From Eledone cirrhosa (lineage: Eukaryota), in assembly GCA_964016885.1 (NCBI GenBank), contig OZ024740.1, positions 96,286,001 through 96,350,000 on the forward strand: a stretch of DNA of 64,000 nt, written 5' to 3'. Of the stretch, positions 54,369-64,000 are shown in pieces. A program made the position numbers and the translations under genes. Numbering within the stretch: the stretch's first letter is position 1; each line of letters begins with the position of its first letter. The notes under the pieces are model-generated. The model saw only the letters and a list, made by a program, of their open reading frames with translations. It searched no databases and was not told the DNA's origin.

Positions 54369-54813
54369 CACACATACACATACCTGTCACTTAATTTACA
54401 CACACTTCGGCCTTACACTTTCATACACACATACATACATATACACACATACATACAAATACCTGTCACTTAATTTACACACACATCGGCCTTACACTTT
54501 CAAACTATATTTTTCTGTAGAAGTAACTTTAACCCTTTATTTTCGACATAAAAATACACACATACATACAAATACCTGTAAATTTTATTTGGGGGGGGGG
54601 GGGGGGCTTTCTTATCAATCTTTTTACATTCAATTATCAGCCTTATACTTTCAAAGTCAATTTTTACGTTGAAGTAACTTTCACCCCTTATTTTTCGATA
54701 CCCATTTACTTACTAACATTTGTATCACAATAACAATATTCATAAACAGACAGTAGACTTTCAAAGTCAATTTTTCTGTAGAAGTAACTTTCGCCCTTTC
54801 TTTTGGACATAAA

Positions 54814-55530
54814 ATGCCACCTAAAAAAAGAAGTCGCCTCAGTCAACATACCGCGTCAGCAGTGGTGCAAAAGGCTACTATAGCAAACGAGTCCTCTGAG
54901 GAAAATGCTTCAAGACTTTCACAGACAGCCTTACGTTCAGGAGAATGTCGAGCCGCTGAAAGTTTCCAACAGCGCACCGCACGCCTAGCCGAAATGGCTT
55001 CATACCGGGCTTCTTCCAGGGCTTCAGAGAGCCGTGAACAAAGGTCGAAGCGCCTGGCTAGAAACGCTGCGACTAATGCTGCTTCCAGGTCTTTGGAACG
55101 TTTAAAACAACGGACGGCTCGCCTTCCTACGGACTCTGCGGCTATGACTACTTCCATGGCTTCTGAAGATGCAGACGGGCGCTCCATTAGCATTGCAAAT
55201 ATTGCTTCTGCTATTGCTGCCAGACCTTCCCACCAACCACACGACCAATGTTCTACGTTCAAGCGTAACAGTCGACGGCGAGAAGCTGCACGCGGTGTGA
55301 CGTGCCCCAACAGCCCTTACTAACACCTACGGGCTTTCAATTATGAGCAAAACGTTAATTACTCGATGCGCTCTGACATAAATATAGGCGAGATGCGCTT
55401 CAATTGCCAATTCTGCAATGCTACAAAGTGGGCTGGGGAGCCACCTGCAATGTGCTGCTTAAACGGTAACGTCACCGTGCCCCCTCTTCCGGAACCACCA
55501 GAGCTTTTGAAGGAACTACTGACTGGTTAT
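54814..55530 (+). pseudogene. Helitron RepHel N-terminus (ESxEQRxxRL repeats plus zinc finger), with an internal stop
   Basis: MPPKKRSRL...ESFQQRTARL...ESREQRSKRL. After the stop: AFNY...IGEMRFNCQFCNATKWAGEPPAMCCLNGNVTVPPLPEPP. Confidence 0.85.
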
Positions 55531-55574
55531 ACCTCAAGGTAAAAAACAAACCCGGATCTCCCCAATAAAAAACG

Positions 55575-56827
55575 CTCCTGGGGGTACCGGAAAAAACAAT
55601 TTTAACGAATTTGATTCTCGCTAAGATTCGTCAGGAGACAAAAGTTGCGTTGTCCGTTGCATCGTCCGGGATCGCTGCTACTTTGTTGCCGGGAGGCAGG
55701 ACAGCACATTCAACCTTTAAACTCCCTTTGGATTTAGTAAAAACTGAGACACCAACATGCAATATCAGCAAGAGTTCACACAAAGCGCTGGTTCTCAAAA
55801 GATGCTGCCTCATTGTTTATGATGAGTGCACAATGGCACACAAAGGTGCCCTTGAGGCATTGGTCACTGCCCGGAAAGACAGTAGGGATTCTACGGCTCC
55901 TATGGGTGGCATAACCCTTCTGCTATCAGGGGATTTTCGGAAAACGCTGCCTGTCATCCCCAAATGGACAAGAGCTGATGAAGTGCGTGTCTGTCTTAAG
56001 TCGTCCATGTTGTGGCTCCAGGTGAATAGTTTGTATCTGAGCACAAATATGCGTGCTCATTTGCATGGTGACAACATGTCTGCAGCACAGAAAATTTTAG
56101 CACTTGGTGAGGGCAAGACACCTGCGGATGACAAGGGCGACATAGCAATCGACACCCTGTGCAACATTGTGAGCAGCCCTTCTGACCTTTGGGTAGCAGT
56201 TTTACCTAATGTCTCATCTAACTTTAAAAACCTCTATTGGCTCAGCGAAAGAGCCATCCTTGCTCCGAAAAACACCATGGTTAATTTTATTAACGAGCAG
56301 CTGATTGAGAAGATTCCCGGTAAAGAGCACATCTTCAAATCAGACCCCGATGATATCGTTAATTATCCGGTTGAGTTATTAAATCTCCTTGAGCCCCCAG
56401 TGCTCCCACCTCACATTATTAACCTTAGGGTTGGCTGTCCCATTATGCTAATAAGGAACTTGCGTCCACCAAATCAGTGCAACGGTACTCGCATGGTCGT
56501 CAAGTCAGTGACACTCACTTGATTGATGAAACCATTGTAACGGGGTGCAGAAGAGGAGATAATGTTTTCATTCCAAGGATGACCCTTTTCCTCTCGGTGT
56601 CAGATATCCCGTTCGATTTTCGACGATCCCAATTCCCGGTGGGACCATGTTTTGCCATGTACATTAACAAGTCACAAGGGCAAACATTGTCGGTGGTGGG
56701 CACCGATTTGGAGGAGCCATGCTTCTCCCATGGCCAACTTTATGTTGCCTGTTCCCGCGCAGGGAGCAGGAATGGACTTTTTGCTTACTCTCCTCAAGGG
56801 ATGACACGCAATGTCGTCTACAAATAG
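55575..56827 (+). pseudogene. Helitron PIF1-like SF1 helicase domain, frameshifted
   Basis: APGGTGK (~55575-55595), ASSGIAATLLPGGRTAHS, IVYDECTM, LLSGDFRKTLPV, LSTNMRA, AILAPKN, IMLIRNL...CNGTR, INKSQGQT and FSHGQLYVACSR. Confidence 0.92.
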
Positions 56828-57164
56828 GTGCTATAGATGTTGGTGCAGGTGTTGGAGCTATGCCGTCTGGAACACTATTTCCTGGTAGGGTATCCCATGG
56901 CGGACAGATCTGACACCCAGCGGCATCACGGCCACCATCTTGTAACTTTGGTCTACTAAATTTGCTATTGGAGGATTATTAACCCATCATTGATTGACCA
57001 AAATGCTAATCGGTTCGTAACTTTTAATAACCGGTTCAACTGCTTTATGCACTTAATTGATAAGCTTATTTGCTTTCAAACAACGTTTACCTGTATGTAA
57101 CTTTTCATAGCAAATGAACAAACCGAGCAACGCCGGGCTAAACTGCTAGTATATATATATATGC

Positions 57165-57196
<32 letters not shown>

Positions 57197-57223
57197 GCAT
57201 ATATATATATATATATATATATA

Positions 57224-57290
<67 letters not shown>

Positions 57291-57764
57291 CTGTGTGTGT
57301 GTGTGTGTGTGTGTATGTGTGCGTGTGTGTGAGTGTGTGTATTATTATTTTTAAGAACGTTGAGAGATTTACGGATTTCGAAATTATGTTAACTTGCAGT
57401 TGATTAATTCGACGTTGACTTTTTACTAGAACATTAGTCGAACACATTGCGTTTATAAATCCCTATGGTTTAAGCAGAAGCGACAATCTTCCTATATTAG
57501 TCGTTCTATTTTATTTCTAATAAAACGGAATTAATTACTTTTACTATATAAGAGTAAAATGGCGGTTATATCTTTCATACCGTGAATAATAAATAATAAA
57601 TGATTGATTTGTGGAACTTATGTAATTAAATTAATAGCTTAATTTATACTTAATTAGTTTTTCATTTAATCATGAATACGATGTGAAATTTTAAACACTA
57701 GAGATTTGAACGCAGTAACACATATGACCAAAATAATGGCAACAAATTAATGATTATTATTTTT

Positions 57765-58230
57765 TTGGCAGTATCGGTAGAGGGTCTGACGCCATGCTTT
57801 CCAGCATAGTTACGTCCCTTTACGATCTGAGTTCAAATCCCGCCGAGGTTGACTTTGCCTTTCATCCTTACGGGGTCGATAAAATAAAGTACCAGTAATG
57901 TACTGGGTAATTGCTGGCCTTGTGCCTAAAGTAGAAACAATTATTTTTTTACTTTGCATTCATCCTTACAGGGTCGATAAAATAAAGTACCAGTAATGCA
58001 CTGGGTAATTGCTGGCCTTGTGCCTAAAGTAGAAACAATTATTTTTCTCGTATGGCAGTATCGGTAGAGTGTCGGACATGCTTTCCAGCATAGTTACGTC
58101 CCTTTACGTTCTGATTTCAAATCCTGCCGAGGTTAACTTTGCCTTTCATCCTTACGGGGTCGGTAAAATATAGTACCAGTAATGTACTGTGTATTTGCTT
58201 GCCTTGTGCCAAAAGTAGAAACAATTATTT
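57765..58230 (+). mobile_element. Tandem array of three SINE copies (57765-57945; partial ~57950-58043; 58053-58230)
   Basis: Repeated core and tail GGCCTTGTGCCTAAAGTAGAAACAATTATT. Confidence 0.85.
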
Positions 58231-59421
58231 TTATCGTAGTGGATTTGTTTTCTGCGTAAATTTCTTATATTCATTATTAATATAGCAATAGGGTGGTGAA
58301 TTTGTAGTACCAGCAAATCGCCGGAAAATATGCTTTGTGTTGTAGACGTTTGTGAATTTACGTTCTGAGTCAAATCCCGCGGAGGTTGGTTTTGCAGTTC
58401 ATCATTATGCAATCGATAGAATATAGTACCAGTAACGCATTGAGTTCGATTCAATTTATTTTTCCTTCCACGAAAATAGTTGGTCATGTTCTTCTATCAG
58501 AAAACATGACGTATGGTAATAGACGGGCTACTTTTAAAATCATTAGAGTGCCGGAAAAATGTGCTGCATTATTTTGTTGCGTTTTGAGCTGATGTCCAGT
58601 CGTGGTCAACGTCGCTTTTCATTTTTCGCGAATCGATAAAATAAAATATATGATATATCAATTAGGCAGGTCTATGATCTAAGTTTTCCTACGAGTTTGA
58701 AACACGCATGTGTTTTAATTAGCCATATATTTCAACACGAATCTCCATCTGTTTCAATGAAATTAGTGTGTTTTAAGGACTCTGAAATTTCTATTACATT
58801 GTTTGCTATCATCGAGGTCCTTCTCATTAGTTGAATCAATCAACAATTATTTTATGTTTATACTTCAGTTTATTCAGTTTACTAGGTTTATTAGTTTATT
58901 TCAGAGATCCCGGAATTATAAGTAATACGATGTGTCTCATCGTCTGTTGTAACTTTTTAGATGGGAAACATAAATAAGAGCTCTCCTTCATGTGTAGGAT
59001 TGCTACCTCAAATATGTTTATGCCTACATAAGAGTAATATACGAGAATAAAACATTACATATAACCCTGTTATACGAAAATAACCTTGAAATGGTTCCTT
59101 GAATAATGTAGTTCCCATTACATTAAAATATATAAAAGTTTATAATATTCAAGTTTGGAGTATTCTGATTGCATATTTAATCAAGTAGCATAACACTTAC
59201 CTGTCTGCCATCATGTTCAGGTGCCCTTACGATATCATTGTGTCGAACCAAAACTTGTAAGAACATTCTTTAGAGGGTAATTGTATAGTGAAATATTGAG
59301 TCAAGCCGATCGTGCTTCAAAATTACTCTAACGGAATTGAAAGGTTAATATCTATTTCAAACATCTATTTCATCAAATGATTCAATGCTCTTCATTAAAA
59401 CTACCAGATTAGACAACGTTA

Positions 59422-59607
59422 GGCGGTGAATTGGCAGTATCAGTGGAGGGTCGGACACCATGCTTTCAAGCATAGTTACGTCCATTTACGGTCTGAGTTC
59501 AAATCCCTCCGAGGTTAACTTTGCCTTTCATCTTTACGGGGTCGATAAAATAAAGTACCAGTAATGTACTCGGTTATTTGCTGGCCTTGTGCCAAAAGTA
59601 GAAACAT
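59422..59607 (+). mobile_element. Full-length SINE copy
   Basis: GGCGGTGAATTGGCAG head, GAGTTCAAATCC, Nin-like core and tail. Confidence 0.85.
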
Positions 59608-60997
59608 TTATACACACTCATTATAGGAAACTGTTTATAACACTCACTAAACTTTACTATAACCTAGAGACATACAAAAAACACAAAAGTATTACTTGTG
59701 TAATCTATTTAATCATCATCATTAACATTTGAATGATACGTTTCGTGACTTTAAAATAAAATTTTACATCGGTGTGATTCCACCTACGTTAAATACGTAA
59801 GACAAACTAATTTTTCATCTCTCCATAAATTCTTTTACGGAAGAATATACTCTACATAGGCTTAACCAAGTCCCAGCAATTGCTTAACAAATGACATAAT
59901 ATTAAATTAGTATAATATTACATGGAAACAATTTGAAAAGCAATTACCGGCTATTGAATTAATTACGATATGGCATTTAATAATATCGTCCATAATCCCA
60001 TACGTAATGAATATGAATGAACCGCCTACTTCAGATTATATAGTAACATGCACATAGTTATATTCAATGAAATAGTAAAGCTATGATCGGTAAATATAAA
60101 CAATATTGTTTAAACATATTCTATTAAACGTTCTTGTGAGTCTTAATAGAAAATGCACCGAGTGGCGTTTCTTATCAAGAGCAGCTATAGGAGGAATAAC
60201 TATTTTACCAAATCATACATATGTCTGTTAAGGCTGTGGATCTGAACATGGACACTTCCTCTCCAAACGCAGGCCAGTGCAAGGTAGTTTCTGTGAGAGA
60301 CTAAAGGTCACTTCGTGCATGCTACCTCCACCAGACCATCGATCGTGTACGATGGAAGAACAAGCGCCAATATGCTTAGATTAGCTAGCCTAAGAGCTCG
60401 CTAAAATGTATCGCAATTAATGCTGCAAGGTTTTACGCCTTGTGCTCTAAAGTATCTGAGTGTTCGCCGCCGAGAACGGTTATTTTATTGATACAGAAAT
60501 AAGGAAAAGAAGATTTGGCCTTGACACTGTTTGAACTCATTATGCTGAGAGGGGAAAATTATAAAATTAGTCATTTTATTGGTTGTTTAAAAATATATAA
60601 TAATGTTTGCACAATTATGCACAAGGCCAGTAATTTAAGAGGGAATGCAGAATATATGGATTCCAGTACTTAGATTGAGCCATATCTCCTAAACTACGGG
60701 AGGATAATTGTCAATTGTAACCTGTGTGGAATTTAATCAGATAGCGTAAAATGCCGTAAATGCCGCTAAAGTTTTCGCCCTATTTATTAATTATCCTTGA
60801 GCCAGGGACATTAAGGAGAGTACGACAGAGAAATTCATAATTGAATAGCCAAAAACAGAAGAGGAAAATTACTTATTGACAAAATTAAAACAAGGGTACA
60901 CCAATAAATAATAAATATATTTAAATTTAAACATGTAGGAGTTGGCAAATTTCTAGAATAAGTCCATGTGGTAGAATAGGTTAAAAATTGAAAGAGC

Positions 60998-61044
<47 letters not shown>

Positions 61045-62591
61045 CGTGTGTGTTTTTGTGTGTGTGTGTCTGTGTGCATATAGTGACAATGAGATTTGCA
61101 TCTTGTTGTAAACATTATAAAACGGACACAGTAATAGCATCAAATCCTTCGACCAACATCGCCGCTAGTAACAGCAAGTTACCAACCGAATAACATTTAT
61201 TTATATATATATATATATATATACTATATGCAGATTTATATATTTTCATTGTAAAACCTCTCTACTATATATCTGTATTAAAATAATATTTCCTTGCGCA
61301 TATAAGCCTTTCTTTTGTGATACCATCCTAAAAATATAAACCCCAGTCTGATAGAATATTTAATAAGTTTTGTGAGTTAAATAGGCTTGAGGTGAACTAT
61401 TAGGCATGCATCTGAAATACAATTGTCTAGCATTGTCTCACGAGGAATGTTTCTGCTAATGACATTAATGGAGCATATGGCTTTGGATTTCTCACATTGG
61501 ATTTCTCAACCGCCATGCTTATCAATTTTCCATTGACCTAACCACTCGAAATTTCATAGTCGAAAATGACGGATGTCGATTCGATTCCTTTTCATTTACT
61601 TGCACAAGAAAACAGAAAATGCGTTCCTTGTTAGAGTATTTTTAATATGACATCGTATATCATGTAAAGAAACAAAATCATTCTTATACTAAATTATCTA
61701 TGGAGTTCAATTTTTATATATTCTTTAATAACACCATTTTTTCATGTCTCGCATTTAATATACCACACTAACATTTTTGCTTTATCAGTGCGTTCTTATG
61801 AAATCATAACGAAGAGAATCACACAATGATTAGTACGAAAATTGGATATCGTATCAAAATGATATGATAACAAAACGACGGAACAATGTTGTTGTTAATT
61901 TGACCGAGTGTTGTTCATGATGACACCGATGAAGTGGACATCAAGTACGGTGACTAAAACAAGGACGGTGACAACGATGCCGATGTTGATGAGGAGGAAA
62001 TTGATGATAATGCTGATGATGTGGAGAAACTGAGGGATAATGGTGATGACTCACTTAATTGACTGAGTACGATTAATTGGATGCATTTTGATTTAGTGTA
62101 TTACTAGTTATATGGTTGTGCGAATTATTAGGATGAGAGAGTGTGGGGGGCCTATAACCACACAGTCGTTATAATAATAGTTTGAGAAACACATAAATGA
62201 TAATAAGCAGGAATAACACAGTAAATTGGTGATGATAATGACAAATGCATTGTTAAGGTTGATGAACACGATTATTATTATAATATTATTTACGATGTTG
62301 ATAATTTTGATATATTTGACGTTGGTTTTCATGATGGAGATTACGCTGATAAACATGAAGTTAATGGTGTCCAAATATATATGTAGTATTCGTTAACTAT
62401 TACATGGCCTCTAGTTACGTGAGATAACTTTTCGCGATATAAAATACTGATGGTGTTACCATATTTCTAATAACATATTTCTAATACCATATTTCTAATA
62501 ACTGTTAAATACAGTGTGATAAACATCTTGCTTGGCATACGTGGAAATATTTTACAGTTTAAAAAAAAACCCATATATATATATATATGTA

Positions 62592-62656
<65 letters not shown>

Positions 62657-62710
62657 CGTTTCTGAATTTGTTTAGCAAGATTCATTATCTGAAATCGTGT
62701 GTTGAAACCG

Positions 62711-62863
<153 letters not shown>

Positions 62864-63039
62864 AAATTAGTTACTATACTGGAATATACAGGTACGTAAG
62901 TTTTATTGAGTTATACACCCAAAGTCTGTTATATAAAAAGATAATAGCTCATTCCACCGGTTGTTTGGAGATTTTTAGAAAGTATGCAAAAACTCCTCTA
63001 GGGCAGGACATTTCGAATTCATCTATGAGGAAACAATGT

Positions 63040-64000
63040 CTCGTCCTTTGGGCGAGCGCTGATTCCAAGCGTGCTCAGAGACGCCACACACCCCACCCTC
63101 AGGTACCCCTATCCTCTTTTCCCCGAGGTCAGCGCAAAGCGTTTGCGGGCCGCAGTCAGTGTTGTTGCCTCAGAAGACACTGTCCTCCAACCCACCGAGG
63201 AGGTCGTGGTTGCTCTGCGACTCAAACACCCTGAGTCACCAACGCTCTTTGTGGCTTCTCAAGCAGACATCATGTCCGCCATTAGGTCCTTCCCAGCTAG
63301 CAGCTGCGGAGGTGTTGATGGTCTCGGACCACGCCACCTCATGGAGTTTACATTCCCCTTCTCCGCTGAGGCCGAGCGCCGCCTTCTGAGTGCAATTGTG
63401 GCGCTCACCAATAGGCTCATCCATGGTGCCCTGGACGTTTACGCCCGAGGCCTCTTTTTTTGGGGACCAGCCTCACCGCTCCCAGGAAGAAAGAGGGTGG
63501 AATACGCCCCATTGCTCTGGGCAATGTCTTCCGGAGGCTGGCTGCCAAGGTGAACTGCAAGTCCGTAACACACGAACTGGTTGAGGAGTTTAGTCCGGTG
63601 CAACTGGGTGCCGGCCTGTCCGGTGGCTGTGAGTGAGCCGTTCATGTAACCAGGCAGTTCTTCAACAGCTGCCCATCTGAACCGTCATCCAGTGATTCAG
63701 GCACCTCATTGCCAAGCTTGACATGAGAAATGCCTTCAACCTTTTACGTCAGGATCATCTACTCGAGGCCTGCCTCAGCCGAGCCCCCGTCTGCCTACCC
63801 GCTGGTCTACCTGTCATATGGAGCTCCGAGCATGCTCCTTGCTGCTGATAGGTCATACCCTCTACTGCTGGGGTCCAACAAGGTGACCCTTTGGGACCCC
63901 TCCTGTTCGCCCTTGGTATTGACCACATCGCCCGGAGTAACACGGCCGCTCTAAACGTTTGGTATATGGATGATGCTACGTTGCGCGGGCACGTACGTAC
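63040..64000 (+). pseudogene. CRE-clade-like non-LTR retrotransposon RT, frameshifted, continuing past the window; left boundary approximate
   Basis: SFPASSCGGVDGLGPRHL, IRPIALGNVFRRLAAK, VQLGAGLSGGCE, KLDMRNAFN, GVQQGDPLGPLLF and LNVWYMDD (63960-63974), spread over different frames. Confidence 0.82.

Larger units (their letters stand above)
49374..57149 (+). mobile_element. Helitron with the Rep domain deleted, interrupted by an R4-clade LINE
   Basis: 5' end A|TCATTATCTATAAAAGGCAG. 3' end CCGAGCAACGCCGGG-CTAAACTG-CTAG|T (57123-57150). RepHel N-terminus and PIF1 helicase fragments lie inside, and it is inserted in (TA)n. Confidence 0.88.

Noticed and set aside
55575-56827. Host PIF1 helicase gene
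   Set aside because: Intronless, frameshifted, and bounded by the Helitron N-terminus and CTAG end.
59422-59520. tRNA gene
   Set aside because: A- and B-box-like motifs only; no cloverleaf. It is a SINE head.

Overview
AT-rich eukaryotic intergenic or intronic DNA, dense in microsatellites and transposons. The SINE type and the (TA)n/(AAT)n load suggest an octopod cephalopod (inference). I recognise no host gene, rRNA, tRNA or CRISPR array, and most listed ORFs are microsatellite read-throughs. The window holds: (1) an (AAT)n hotspot at 5.7-19 kb with Nin-domain-type SINEs, an internally deleted L1/Tx1-like LINE (minus strand) and three decayed R4/Dong-clade RLE LINEs head to tail (plus strand); (2) a ~5 kb (TA)n tract running into a 200-N gap; (3) a nest of Helitron-like ends around a 69-bp minisatellite; (4) an inverted pair of RTE fragments, a mariner remnant and a CRE-like RT running off the right edge; (5) a Rep-deleted Helitron (49374-57149) containing an apparently intact 1169-aa R4/Dong-clade element inserted in (ACAT)n. 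The least expected signal is a set of short non-coding elements from several families. They carry minimal type I hammerhead-ribozyme motifs, end in (TA)n and often form foldback palindromes, in two cases with the ribozyme missing from one arm (Penelope pLTR- or retrozyme-like). All family assignments come from reading motifs by eye, not from database searches.
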